Part shown: in pieces, positions 11,040-23,454 of the stretch
Layout of the letters: each line of letters starts with the position of its first letter
Position numbering within the stretch: position 1 is the stretch's first letter
NCBI RefSeq assembly: GCF_004010195.1
Contig: NC_057750.1
Coordinates: forward strand, 12,679,399-12,716,590
DNA length: 37,192 nt
DNA from: Chiloscyllium plagiosum
Lineage: Eukaryota
Direction: 5' to 3'
Made by a program: the position numbers and the translations under genes
The notes under the pieces: model-generated
Database searches by the model: none
Told to the model about the DNA's origin: nothing
The model's input: only the letters and a program-made list of their open reading frames with translations

Positions 11040-12030
11040 TGAGGTAGGAATGGCCTCCTACTGTTCCTATATAAGTGGCTCAACTGACTGAATAGCCTCC
11101 TACTGTTCCTGTATAAGTGGCTCAAAAGGCTGAATGGCCTCATTCTGTTTCTGTGTAATTGACTCAAAGGACTGAATTACTTCTTCCTTGTCCGGTTGGA
11201 CATGGCCAAGGGCCGGATTGGGTTACCTCTGGTTCCTGTTGGACAGCTCGATGTGCTGACAAATGTGATGATGCTGCAGCTTTAAGAGTTTATTTTGTCC
11301 TGGTTTCTTTTAAGAGAGAGATTGAACCAGCTGGCTAGTTAAGACCAGGTAAACAGCGAGGGAGGCCTTGGGTTTATTTTAATGCAGCCTGAATGGGTGT
11401 GGCCAGCTCTCACAGCTTCGGATCTCTGGGTTTTGGTTTCTCAGCAACATCAGAAAATATTGGGGTCTACATAGAGTTGGCAGCTTCAGGGAATGTCTCC
11501 TGGCTGATACTCTGTCTGAATTTTCTCTTGCTGCTGTTTTTAATTCCTGGATTGTAGAAATGTTTGTGACATTCTGTGTCTGAATATTCCTTTTTGCCAA
11601 GGGCTGTGTTTACGCGATTTTCCTATATTGGAACAGTTCATTAGTAATCGCTCCACGATCTATTATTCTGTTAATTTGACCAATAGAATTACATTATTCT
11701 AAATTCCTCTTTCTTTGGATTCATTTTATCTTCCGTGTTTAAATAAATGGCGTTTTGCTTCACACGGGGTAGTATGACCAGTCACATTGCATCTGGAACA
11801 GACAGTTTACATTTCCTTTAAAATACGAAAACATTAGAGTCAAGGCTACCGCCTTCAAATATTTTCGCGGGGCTCTGGTGTGGTCCATCACACTAGACTC
11901 CTTCCCTTCCTGAGTAATAGGCTTGAGGCACTGAATGGGCTGTCCCTGTTCTTCTCCAATAGTGTCAATGGGCTGAATGGCTTCCTCATATTCCTGTGAA
12001 ACCAGCGTGAGCTGCTGAATGAACTATATT
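11040..12030 (+). repeat. Degenerate 42-bp tandem array resembling the CR1 3' tail, split by a solo LTR
   Basis: GAATGGCC-like anchors at 11048, 11090, 11132, 11174, 11216, 11258, then 11933, 11975, 12017. Confidence 0.8.
11264..11892 (+). mobile_element. Solo LTR (629 bp)
   Basis: Termini TGTGATG...CATCACA form a 7-bp inverted repeat. AATAAA at about 11742. The phase shift of the surrounding array implies a 4-bp duplication. Confidence 0.8.
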
Positions 12031-12184
12031 TCATTGTGGCAATGTGCAGTGCCAGGCAGTGCTGTTACATGAATGTTACAGACCATTTAACAGCACAAAC
12101 CTGACTGATATCTGGGTCTTACTGCACATGGACACAGACCGGTTCAGGAGCTGATGGGCGACAAAACTTCTAAACATTTTGGAA

Positions 12185-12520
12185 TCTTCAGTGACTATCC
12201 CCACTTCTGATCTTATGTTGCGGCGAGTGGGGGCAGGGAGACATTGATGAAGCAGCTGAATATGTTTATGAAGAGAAAGCTACCCTAAGGATCTCCCACA
12301 ATTCTGACCCAGGATTGAGATGATGAACATCTTCCTTTGTGCCATGGTTGACTCCAAACACGAGACAGTTTAGTCTGATTCCCATTAAGTCCAGTTTTGT
12401 TAAGCTCCTTGATGTCAACAAAAGCCAACCACTGCCTTGATATCAGGACCAGTCATTTTTACCTGAACCCTTGAGCCAACCTCTTTTTTCCATATCAATA
12501 GGCCAAGGTATAGGAACAAC
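12185..12520 (-). mobile_element. Old LINE RT-core fragment, probably the same family as 60-590
   Basis: Decayed LDIKA.. and (P)xGS..IFSCFIN..IRSEVGI.TED motifs on the - strand. Confidence 0.65.
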
Positions 12521-12529
12521 ACGTGTTTT

Positions 12530-12760
12530 CTTCAAATAAATGGTATTGAATATCAGGGATTCTCTTCTCAAGAATGTTAGGGAGCAAGATGACTGTAAGT
12601 ATTTGAAGAAGAGGTAGATGTATATTGACCTGACAGAGAGTTGAGGGCGATGAAGGATTGGGTGTGAAAGAGGATTTGAGACCAAGAGAAGATCAGTCAT
12701 GATCTTAGTGAAGGGCAAGGCAGGCCTGGGGAGTGAACTACCTGTCCCTGTTTCTGATGT
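12530..12760 (+). mobile_element. Degenerate CR1 3' end
   Basis: ..TTGAAGAAGAGGTAGAT..GATCAGTCATGATCTT..CTACCTGTCCCTG resembles the CR1 3' UTR at 620-780 (reverse complement). Confidence 0.55.
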
Positions 12761-13399
12761 TCTCCCATTCTGCTTATTGGAAATTTAGTGGGTGTTATTG
12801 TCATAAATGTGCAATTACTGAATATTGCAGTCAGGGAGACCAGATGATTTTGTGAGCCACCTCTGGTGAGTATATGGGTTATATTCAGAGTCAATCTGCA
12901 TCTACAGCATGACCAACAAATGAAGCACAAGTTGCAGAGAGGGGAAGCTCTGTGAAGAGAGATGAGGGGCCTCTTTCATAACTGTGCCTGGATTTTCCAA
13001 TTACATTTCCCAAGTCACTTCAAAGCATGTGTGACAGTCTTGAGAGTCTGAATGGTCTCCTCTGTTTCTGTGCACCAGATTATAAGAGTAAGTGGCCTCC
13101 AACTGTCCCTGTCTAGCAGGTATGAGGGGCTGAATGGAACACAGAAACATGGGACTGAGGAGCAGGAGTGGGTCATTAGATATTTTGACCCTTCTCCACC
13201 AGGAACTAAGATTGTGGCTGATAAGATTGTGGTCTCAGCCCCACTTTCTTGTCTGTATCCCAATATCCGTGACTTACTTCCCTGTCAAATATTTAGTAAT
13301 GCAGCTTTCAATCAATATGAACATAGAGGCATGATTATCTTCCAGTGAAGAGAATTCCCACTTGAAATGTCATTTTAGAATTTTTCGTCATCCTTCTTG

Positions 13400-14263
13400 T
13401 AGAATCAGAGAGTTATGCAGAACAGAAACAGACCCGTTAGTCCAATCTGTTCACTCCGATCAGATATCAAATCTGATCTCGTCCCATTTGCCAGCATTTG
13501 GCCAATATCCCTCCTCTTTCAGATACTTTTTAAATGTGCAATTGCAACCACCTTCATCACTTCCTCTGACAGCACTTTCTGTACACACACCACTCTCTGT
13601 GTGAAACATTTATCTTCAGGTCCCTTCTAAATCATTCGCCCTCTCCCCTTCAACCTATGCCTCTGAATCTGGTCTCCCCTACCCTGAAGAGCAGAACGTG
13701 GCTGTTCAGAACATCCATTCCCCTGATGATTTTATAAACATCTATAATGTCACCCTTCAGCCTCTGACACTCCAGGGAGAAAAAACTCAACCTAATCAAA
13801 CTCTCCCTGGGATATCTGTGTAAATCTTTTCTGCAGACAACCGCATTGAATGCAGTTTTCTTAAAATGGCCAGATGCAACATGCCACCACAAACCCTATA
13901 CTCAATGCTCTGACTGATTAAGGCAAATGTGCCAAATATGTTCAGCACCACTCTGTCTACCTGCAACTCCACTTTCAAGGAACAATGTACCTGCAGCACT
14001 AGGTCTCTTTGTTCCATTACACTCCCCAGGAATTTGCCATTAAGTGTATAATTCCTTCCTAAAATGCAAATATTATATATTTATCTTACTAAACTTCATC
14101 TGTCACTCCTTTCCCCTTTGTCCCATCTAATTGTGGTCTAGTTGTGCTCTGAGATAATCTACTACACCACATTTCTGATGTCATCTGATGGCCCCGATAT
14201 CCACATATATGTTCTTTACATGAATGATGAAATGCAGTGAACTGAGCACTGATTCTTGCAGCA
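13400..14263 (-). mobile_element. CR1 3' portion, decayed
   Basis: QRDLVLQVHCSLKVELQVDRVV..FGTFALISQSIEYR and FSLECQRLKGDIIDVYKIIRGMD. Confidence 0.85.
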
Positions 14264-14763
14264 NNNNNNNNNNNNNNNNNNNNNNNNNNNNNNNNNNNNN
14301 NNNNNNNNNNNNNNNNNNNNNNNNNNNNNNNNNNNNNNNNNNNNNNNNNNNNNNNNNNNNNNNNNNNNNNNNNNNNNNNNNNNNNNNNNNNNNNNNNNNN
14401 NNNNNNNNNNNNNNNNNNNNNNNNNNNNNNNNNNNNNNNNNNNNNNNNNNNNNNNNNNNNNNNNNNNNNNNNNNNNNNNNNNNNNNNNNNNNNNNNNNNN
14501 NNNNNNNNNNNNNNNNNNNNNNNNNNNNNNNNNNNNNNNNNNNNNNNNNNNNNNNNNNNNNNNNNNNNNNNNNNNNNNNNNNNNNNNNNNNNNNNNNNNN
14601 NNNNNNNNNNNNNNNNNNNNNNNNNNNNNNNNNNNNNNNNNNNNNNNNNNNNNNNNNNNNNNNNNNNNNNNNNNNNNNNNNNNNNNNNNNNNNNNNNNNN
14701 NNNNNNNNNNNNNNNNNNNNNNNNNNNNNNNNNNNNNNNNNNNNNNNNNNNNNNNNNNNNNNN

Positions 14764-15931
14764 TAAAGCAGTTGATGTGGTGTATATGGATTTCAGTAAG
14801 GCGTTTGATAAGATTCCCCATAGTAGGCTATTTCACAAAATGTAGAAGCATGGCATTGAGGGTGATTTACCAGTTTGAATCAGAAACTGGCTAGCTGAAT
14901 GAAAATAGAGGGTGATGGTTGATTGGGTTAGTAAGGGAGTTCAGTTACTAATGGGGTACAGCAAGGATCTGTTTTGGGGCCACTGTTGTTTGTCATTTTT
15001 ATAAATGACTTGGATGACAGCATAGAAGGATGGGTTAGTAAACCTGCGGATGACACTAAGGTTGGTGGAGTTGTGTATAGTGATGAAGGGTGTTGCAGGG
15101 ACATAGATAAGCTGCCGAGCTGCGTTGAGAGGTGGCAAATGGAGTTTAATGTGGAAAAGTGTAAGGTGATTCACTTTGGAAGGAATAGCAGGAATCCAGA
15201 GTATTGGGCTAATGGTAAGATTCTTGGTAGTGTAGGTATCAAGACTACCTACACTAGATACTTGACAATTGCCACCCAGGGTTGTTAAGAAGGCATATAG
15301 TGTGTTAGCTTTTATTGGTAGAGGGATTGAATTTCTCTACCAATAAGGGGTAGAGTGAATTGAGATCACACTGCAGCTGTGCAAAACTATGGTGTGCCTG
15401 CACTTGGAGTATTGTGCACAGTTCTGACACTGCATTATAGGAAGGATGTGGAATCTTTGGAAAAGGTTCAGAGAAGATATACTAGGATGTTGTCTGGTAT
15501 GGAGGGAAGGTCTTGTGAGGAAAGGCTGAGGGACTTGAGGCTGTTTTCGTTATTGAGAAGAAGGTTGAGAAATGACTTAATTGAGACATAAAAGATAATC
15601 AGAGGGTTAGATAGGCTGGACAGTGAGAGCCTTTTTCCTCAGATGTCAATGGCTAGCACAAGGGGACATAGCTTCAAATTGAGGGGTGATAAGCTTCAAA
15701 TTGAGGGGTGATAGATGAAGGACAGAGGTCAGAGAGTAGTAGGGACATCAAATGCATTACCTGCAACTGTAGTAGACTCACTAACTTTCAGGGCATTTAA
15801 ATAGTCATTGGATAGGCATATGGATGAGAATGGAATAATGCAGGTTAGATGGGTTTCAGATTGGTTTCACAGGTTGGCACAACATCAAGGGCAGAATAGC
15901 CTGTACTGAGCTGGAATGTTCTATGTTCTAT
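14764..15931 (+). mobile_element. CR1 RT to 3' tail, decayed
   Basis: AVDVVYMDFSKAFDK, GPLLFVIFINDLD..KPADDTKVGG, LEKVQRRYTRML; tail (ATGTTCT)n. Confidence 0.9.
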
Positions 15932-15976
15932 TACTCTCTATTCCCTTTTACTCAGTCAATTTGGCATCCATACCAC

Positions 15977-16383
15977 TATGGAGCATCGGAGGCTGAGGCG
16001 CAACCTTATAGAGGCTTATAAATTCATGAGGGGCATGGATAGAAGAAATAGACAAAGTCTCTTCAGTGGGGTGGGGGTGTCCAGACCTAGAGGGCATAGG
16101 TTTATGGTGAGAGGGGAAAGATATAAGCGACCTAAGGGGCAACTTTTTCATGCAGAGGGTGGTACACGCATTGAATGAGCAGCCAGAGGAAGCAGTGGAG
16201 GCTGGTACAATTGCATCATTTAAAAGGCATCTGGATGAGTATATGAATGGGAAGGGTTTGGAGGGATAAAGGCCGGGTGCTGGCAGGTAGGACTAGATTG
16301 GGTTGGGATATCTGGTCAGCATGGACGGATTAGACCAAAGGTTCTGTTTCCATGCTGTACATCTCTATGATTCTATGACTCTA
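15977..16383 (+). mobile_element. CR1 3' end
   Basis: EHRRLRRNLIEAYKFMRGMDR..RGHRF; tail CTATGATTCTATGACTCTA. Confidence 0.9.
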
Positions 16384-16390
16384 GCTCTGA

Positions 16391-17884
16391 GGAGAGGTGG
16401 TGGTATAGTGGCAATGTCATTGCACTCATAATGCAGAACCCTAGGATAACACTGTGGGCATATGGGTTTGAATCCCATCTCTGCAGATGAAATTTGAATA
16501 CATTAGAAATCTGGAATAAAAATTTCATCTAATGGCAACTATATGATCACTGTCCATCATTGTGAAAACACATCTGATTCATTAATGTCCTTTAGGGAAA
16601 GAAATCTTCTATCAATGCCTGCTCTGGCCATGTCCATAGGATATTGGAGCAAAAGTAAGCCATTCATCCTCTCCAGTCTGCTCCACTATTCAATGAAATC
16701 ACGGCTGATCTGATAACTCTTAACTCCACCTTCCTGCCTTTTCTACTTACACCTTGATTTCCTTACAAAAACAATCTCTACAGCCCCCTGTGGTAAAGAA
16801 TTCTATAGATTGACTACTCTCTGAGAGAAAAAATTGCTCCTCTTAAATGATGACCCCTGACTCTGACTTTATTCCATCTAGTCCTAGAGTCTTCCAGAGA
16901 GGGAAACAGCCTCTCAACATCTACCCTGTCAAATCCATTAAAAATGTTCGATGTTTCAGTGTGGTCACCTCAATCTTTTAAATTTCGGTGAGTCCAGGCC
17001 CAGTGTACTGAACCTCTCCGCATGAGAAAATCCCTCTATACCAAGATGAATTAGGGAACCTTCTCTGGACTGCCTCCAATGTAGGTATCTTGAACAGATG
17101 TGGTCTATTAGGCCTTATATAGTTTTAGGAAGACCTCCCTATTTTTGTACTTTTCTTTGAAATAAAGGCCGACATTCCATTTACTTTCTTTATTACCTGC
17201 TGAACTTAGATAAACTTTTTGTGATTCATGTGTGAGAACCCCCAAACAGCTATGTGAGGCAGAGTTTTGCAATAATATTCACCTCATACATCCCATATTA
17301 TATTCCCTCTGCCCACTCAATTAACCTGTCCACATCCCTCAGAGTCATCTTCAGCTGTTGCCCTGCCACCCACTTTGTGTCATCCGCAAACTTGATGATA
17401 ATGCATTCGCTTCTCTCAACCAAGTCATGAACAAATATTGTAAGTAACTGATCCCTGTGGCATTCCAATAGTTATAGGTTACCATCCTGGACAGGCCCCA
17501 CTTATCCCAACTTTCTGTCTTCTATTAGTTAACTAATCCTTTACTGATACTGATATGCTACCCCAATACCATAGGCTCTGATTAAATAGCCTTATGTGCA
17601 GTATTGTTTCAAATGCCTTTTGGAAATCCAAATATATTACATCGACTGGTTCCCTTATCTACCCTGCTTGTTACTTCCTCAAAGAACTCTAATGCATTTG
17701 TCAGACAAAGCCATGCTTGGTTATATTATGTATTTCTAAATGCTCTGTTATTATGTCCTTTATCATGGACCTTTATATACTGTCTAATGTGGTTGAATCT
17801 TAACTGCTAGATGAGCAATTAGGAGTAGGCAATAAATGTTGGTCTAACCAACAATTTCAACATCACACGAATGACTAAAAAAAA
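16391..17884 (+). mobile_element. Second tRNA-derived SINE family (head 16391-16631, tail 17787-17884) split by a CR1
   Basis: TGGTATAGTGG and GGTTTGAATCCC boxes, core GTCCTTTAGGGAAAGAAATCT, tail AATGTGGTTGA..GGCAATAAATG..A-rich. Same family as 22432-24247. Confidence 0.75.
16635..17775 (-). mobile_element. Decayed CR1 fragment nested in the SINE
   Basis: Similar to 620-1860 (3' UTR GCCATTCA..GGCTGATC; KFADDTK as tgtgtcatccgcaaacttg; LDFQKAF as gccttttggaaatcca). Confidence 0.8.
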
Positions 17885-18411
17885 TGAACCTTCCTTATTG
17901 AAGGCCTTCAGATTCTCCATTTACCATTCCCTGTTGATAACTCCGATCCCAGATGCTATGTTTTATTCTTTCTCCCCCACTTGCTCTCCCAGTCTTGACT
18001 TTCACTTTTCGACTCTGACTCTCCAGCATCTCTGGTCCTCACTTTCTCCTTGACTTTCTCAATGTCTGATGATCTTCCCCAAACCCCAATCTCCAACATT
18101 GCCAATAAACACCTTTGTAAGCTGTAGGGCCTGTTTAATATGGGAAAGATGCGAATATAAATTACTGCTGCAAAGACCTCCAAGTTATATCTGTTGGTAT
18201 ACTTTGAGAATGGATGCTGACTACCAAGGACAGGGATTGAGACACCTTTGCAACTGCCTTCCCACAGATGAGTGAAAATGTAAAGGGTTTGTCTCGTACA
18301 AGAGTCTGAAAGTATAATGGTTAAGGTTCAGGTGGTTATCTCTGGTAATAATGTCACATCTATGCTTTTGGAAACCAAATGCAAATAACAATGAATATGA
18401 AATAAAGAAAA

Positions 18412-18666
18412 GAGAAAGAGACCTATGGGGCAACGTTTTCGTGCAGAGGATGGTCCGTGTATGGAATGAGCTGCCAGAGGAAGTGATGGAGGCTGGTACA
18501 ATTGCAACATTTAAGAGGCATTTGGATGGGTATATGAATAGGATGGGTATAGAGGGATATGGGCCAGGTGCTGGCAGGTGGGACTAGATTGGGTTGGGAT
18601 ATCTGGTCGGCATGGACAAGTTGGACTGAAGGGTCTGTTTCCATGCTGTACATCTCTATGACTCTA
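18412..18666 (+). mobile_element. CR1 3' end
   Basis: QRMVRVWNELPEEVMEAGTIATFKRHLDGYM; closely matches 16125-16383. Confidence 0.9.
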
Positions 18667-18904
18667 AAAGTTGACATAAATACAGAGCCTTTTGAATTTC
18701 CATGGCATAATATCATTGGGTCAATTTGTCCTTTAACGCCCAGCCAGTATGGATCATATTGATAACAGTGGAGCCTTCAGCTGCCTGGCCCCTAAACTCA
18801 AACTTTCGCCCTGACCTCTCTATTACTGAACATTTCTCTCCTTCTCTAAGATGCTCTTTAAAATCCTAAAATAAGTTATTTGTCATCATGCTAAATTACC
18901 CTCT

Positions 18905-19049
18905 TGCGCCCAGGGATATGCAGGCCAGGTGGATTAGTCATGGGGAAAGGGTGGGGCAGTAGGTCTGGATGGGGTGCTCTTCAGAGGTTCGGTGCAGATT
19001 CGATGGTACAAATGGCCTTTCTCTGCACTGTAGTGATTCTATGATTCTA
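18905..19049 (+). mobile_element. 3' half of an HE1-type SINE
   Basis: GATATGCAGG..GGTGGATT..GGCCTTT..CTGTAG.GATTCTATGATTCTA. Confidence 0.7.
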
Positions 19050-20295
19050 CAATATTCTTATGCCAGATGGAGGTTTTCTGGCATAGGGAGCAGCATTCCC
19101 GCCTGGCCTGAAGCTTAGTCCCTTTCTTGGACTTGATGACTGAAGAAGGTGTGTGCATAATGCTTATCGACCTGCAAGTCCTTCCAACACATGCAAATGG
19201 CGGGTGGTAAGAGTAGACCACATTCTCGGTCAGCTAGGCAATGGAAAGAAAATTGGAGCCTCTTGCATCACTACCCGTAAGTTTGGTCTACAACATTTAT
19301 AGAAAAGTGCATGTTGCCACGGTAACCTAAGTTGCTTGGGAGACCAGTTGTCTGGACAGCCAGTATGGATCATATTGATTACAATTTCAAGTGGTTTGAT
19401 CCCCAGGCTGGCTGAGGTGGATTTGGGACCTGCCACCATACACTGTGGTGATCACAGTGCCATGTGTTGGACCTGCCCTCAGGCAATGAAAGAAGAAGAT
19501 CCTTTTGCAACTTGGAGTCAAGTTGGGTCTGAAAATGACTCTGCAAAACACCTTGGGGTATTATACTGCATTAAGTTGATATGTCAGTGACGTATGTTGT
19601 TGTAATATCTCATACTAAGTTAATTTACTAATCATACAATGGGATGAGTGAAGACAGTACAGCTGACTTATGCATCGCTGTTGCAATACCAAAGCTGGTA
19701 TAGAAATGGATGACTTCCCATTTTAGACTTATGCCTTAGATGCTTCCTTTGCACCCAACACCAAAACAACTTCCATAAATGAGACCTCAATCTAGATTCT
19801 GCATTTATGCTTTCAATACCAGGGCACTTGCATTGAGACTGGGGCTGACTAATGTATGTGGTAGATTAGATGTATGTCGTCACAGTGCAAGCAATCAAAT
19901 TGAAGTGGTGTGGTTGGATCTCCATCTGCCCTCAGGCTAAACATCAGTGAAATAGAATGGCCTGAATAAACACCATGTCTTCACTAACCTCCCAAACTCA
20001 ATCTCAACCCAACCCAATTTCTCTCGTTCAGAGATGCTGAGAGCATTCTAAGAGACCTGAAGAGAAATGTAAATTAATAAAAGGACTTCCATTAATTTTT
20101 AGCACGTAACTTAGACCATGTTGGCAGTCAATTATTAACTGATTTTATCATACAGAAAATTACAGGACTGAAATAAACCATCCACTCAGCTATTGTGTAA
20201 AAACCTATTCCCGCTCCAATTTCATCTAATCCCATCACAATAACCTCTATCCTTTCTCCTTCATTTGTTTACCTAGCTCCCCCTCAAATGCATCT

Positions 20296-20664
20296 ATGGA
20301 ATCCTAGAATCCCTACAGTGTGGAAACAGGCCCTTCAGCCCAACAAGTCCACACTGACCCTCCAAACAGTAACCCACCCAGACCCATTTCTCGTTTATCT
20401 CTAATTACTGCATCTCACCTACACGTCCCTGAACACTATACTTTCCATACTGTAGGGAATAAAACCTAATCTAATCTAATCTATGGGCAATTTAACACAA
20501 CCAATTCACCCTAACCAGCTCATCTTTAGACCGTGGGAGGAAACCCACACAGACACAGGGAGAATGTGCAGACTCCACACAGAGAGTTGCCCGAGGCTGG
20601 ATTCGAACCTGGGATCCTTATGCTGTGAAGCAGCAGTGCTAACCACTGAGCCACCATGCCACCC
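20296..20664 (-). mobile_element. HE1-type V-SINE with a small opposite-strand (TAATC)n tail insert at about 20441-20482
   Basis: Reverse complement of the A and B boxes (TGGCTCAGTGG, GGTTCGAATCC) and of the V domain. Confidence 0.9.
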
Positions 20665-21639
20665 CAAATCCACATTATATAGCCACAGCCATTCCCTATG
20701 GTAGCGAGTTGCATATTCCAAACACTCTCTTCAGTTAAGAACGTCTTCCTGAATTCCTGACAGGACTTACTGATGACTATATTATGACATCTAGTTAGTG
20801 TGTGTTCGTAAACTTAAGCATGTTTGTAATCGTATTGGAGGAACTCAATTATACAGGATAAGGAACAGACAGATTTTGACTTACAACATTTTTAAGTTAT
20901 TTACCGTGTCCTTATATATAATGTTTAAGGACTCCATAGCATCTTGGTCAGTCCTGGTGGTACAGCTGGCCCTTCCATTACTTTTCCCTGAAACTGTGAA
21001 GAGTATTCACTGGGTCCTGATATATCTCCAGGGATTCTTCAAATGTCATGGAAACATGAAAATCTAAAATGAGATCTCTTAGAAACTTGACTTGAGCCTG
21101 AAATATTTTGAACAGATAGACATTTGTCATATATTTGGCTGGGTTCTAGCAATATCTTGGCAGCAGTCTTTATCCAGGAAAGGTCACAACTAGGACGATC
21201 AGTCTTATTTAGACTAACTCCAGACTGCTTTGTGGTATGTGCAATGTGATTGGTAACATCTTGTGCAGTCATTGTCTCAGTAAAGGACATCTGGCTGGGA
21301 TCAAGCCATCTCTCAGTGGTTATTTCTTAAATACGGGATATGTCTGTTTTATTCATTTGTTCAGATACATGGGTTGCAATCTTTCCACCGAAACGTTGTC
21401 ACACAGTGGTATTTATAAATTAAAAATCCCTTGCTTTTCGTCATCCTGGAAGATCCAGAAGGCGTTGAGGTTTCAGAGTTGGCAGTACTCATTGAACTTT
21501 ATGGAAAGCAACAGGGAAGCCATGGGAACAGGGAACAGGAAGGACAGAAGTGAGGATGGGTATCTTCCTCTCAGTGAGAATATTGCAGTAATGTTATTAT
21601 GTAAATTTTAAATCAGACTCTCGGTCTCATGCAGATCCC

Positions 21640-21953
21640 GCGCCATGCCTGTAACCTCCTACAGCCCAACGTTTTGCACTGTCCTCCAATCATAGTCTCT
21701 TGTTCATCCTTGACTCCCTTCATCTCACCACTAGATGTCATACATCTACCCATCTAGGATCATGGCTACCCGACTATGAGTTCGCCAACTCCATCTCCAT
21801 CTTTAAACCGCATCCTCAGGCCAACTGTTTGCTCACCTATCTTCATATCTCCTTCGGTTGGCATCAAATTTTGTCTGATTGTGTCCTTGCAAAGCACCTT
21901 GGAGGTTTTACTCCATTGAAGGTTCTATATAAATGCATGTCACTGTTGTTGTG
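21640..21953 (+). mobile_element. L2-like LINE 3' end, degenerate
   Basis: AAAGCACCTTGGAGGTTTTACT..AAGG.TCTATATAAATGCA..(TGT)n, a typical L2 3' terminus. Confidence 0.6.
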
Positions 21954-22169
21954 AGTACTCTTCAAAATGCAGCCATGACAAATGCATCTGCCCTTCCTCT
22001 CACCTTCTCCCTTTTATATATGTTATATAGATTTGTTTTAGCATTACCAAAATAAGCACCGACAGTAAAATACTCCACTTTAGGGGAGCTTTATCAGGCT
22101 TCGTTGTACGTGTGAAAACATGATGCAATAATTTTACTTTTTGATTACTTTTTGATGAGTAGAGATCCT

Positions 22170-22412
22170 TTCAGGTTCTCATTAAAAATTGGTGGTACCA
22201 CTTGAGGAAAAGTATTGAGGAGGGGAGTTCTAATGGATATTTATCCCTTAACCGGCAGCACCGAAAAATAAAAGATCTGTTGGTGTGAGTATACTATGTT
22301 CAAAAGGACTGCCATGACAATATACTATATTTCTGAAAGTTTTCATTGTTTGTAAAGTGCTTTTGGATGTCCCAAGGCAGTGAAGGATGCTATTGAAGTA
22401 CAAGTGTTTCTT
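22170..22412 (+). mobile_element. Degenerate DeuSINE-like (SacSINE1/AmnSINE1-type) remnant
   Basis: GGGGAGTTC..ATATTTATCCCT.AACC core, followed by an L2-type tail GTAAAGTGCTTTTGGATGTCC..GAAGGATGCTAT..CAAGT.TTTCTT (recalled consensus). Confidence 0.5.
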
Positions 22413-22480
22413 ATTCACCCTTTAAGAGCGGAGAGTGATGGCCTAATGGTATTATCACTAGACTATTCAACCAGAGACTA

Positions 22481-22636
22481 GGAGAAAGTGAGGACTGCAG
22501 ATGCTGGAGATCAGAGTCGAAATGTATGTCGCTGGAAAAGCACAGCAGGTCAGGCAGCATCTGAGGAGCAGGAGAGTCGACATTTTGGACTTATGCCTGA
22601 CCTGCTCCTGCTTTTCCAATGACACACTTTTCAACT
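22481..22636. mobile_element. Short fold-back PLE-terminus insertion
   Basis: The arms are inverted (GGAAAAGCA.AGCAGGTCAGGCA / TGCCTGACCTGCT..TGCTTTTCC) and switch at HHR stem II. TSD CTATTCAACCAGAGAC (22463-22478) / CTATTAATCCAGAGAC (22637-22652). Confidence 0.75.
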
Positions 22637-22719
22637 CTATTAATCCAGAGACCCATGTAATGTTTTTCAGGCCAGGCAATTGAATTGAATTGAATTGAAT
22701 AAAATCTGGGTTTAAGAGT

Positions 22720-23445
22720 TATTACAACACGGCAGTGAATCCTTCTGTTAATTAAACCAAATACACAGAAAAGCTCACCTCGCCTTGTAATCTGTCAAAG
22801 TATGTCTGACAGAGAACTCCCAAATTCCAGTATTTAACAAAAAATATCAATTTTATTCTTTAACTCTCAAGTGAACTTCAAACAACAACTATTTATAACC
22901 CTCAGCCTCCTTTCTCTGAAAGGTTTTCTACCTCCCACTCTATAACAATATATTGATCCAATAACACCCCTATTCAATTTACAGCAAGTCAATTTTCAAA
23001 ACTGTAGAGCATCTGTCATCTCCGGTGTCGACCTTCCTCTGTTTGTATATCTCTCTCAGTTGTCTTCGGTCTTCTGCTGAACAGATTTTTCGTATAGAGA
23101 GTGTTTTCGGACAGTCTGTCTGACAATGGCAGGCGGTGCTCTTTCTGGCTAACTGTCCAAAATGCCTGCTTTTTATACCCGAAACATTGGATCATCTCAT
23201 TGGTTCAATGTTGTCAAAACAGTAAAATTTGAATTTGATTGGGTTTTAGTATCTTGGGGCATAATTTAAACTGATTAATTAAATTCGAACGGCTGTGAAA
23301 ACAATTGAGGTATCTAGGTTACAGCCAAAGGTTACATCTTTCAATTCTCCAGTAAACTCTGTGCCTGCTAGTCAGTCACATGACAGGTACTTGCCAGCTT
23401 TCACTCTCTCTTAAAGGTACAGTACATGCCTTCAACTTAGTAACA
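22720..23445 (-). mobile_element. Solo LTR (726 bp) with a 4-bp TSD
   Basis: Termini TATTAC...GTAACA. GAGT at 22716-22719 and 23446-23449. Its reverse-complement start resembles the LTR start at 8350. Confidence 0.85.
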
Positions 23446-23454
23446 GAGTCTAAT

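Noticed and set aside
11040..12030. Regularly spaced repeats as a CRISPR array
   Set aside because: Vertebrate context, contiguous degenerate units without unique spacers, and no cas genes.
14216..14894. ORFs of 180-212 aa
   Set aside because: Almost entirely N gap.
15670..15713. 22-bp tandem duplication in a CR1
   Set aside because: Real but an ordinary slippage event with no functional implication.
13400..15931. A single twin-primed inverted CR1
   Set aside because: Both halves have their own different 3' tails and the junction is in a 500-bp gap; more likely two separate insertions.
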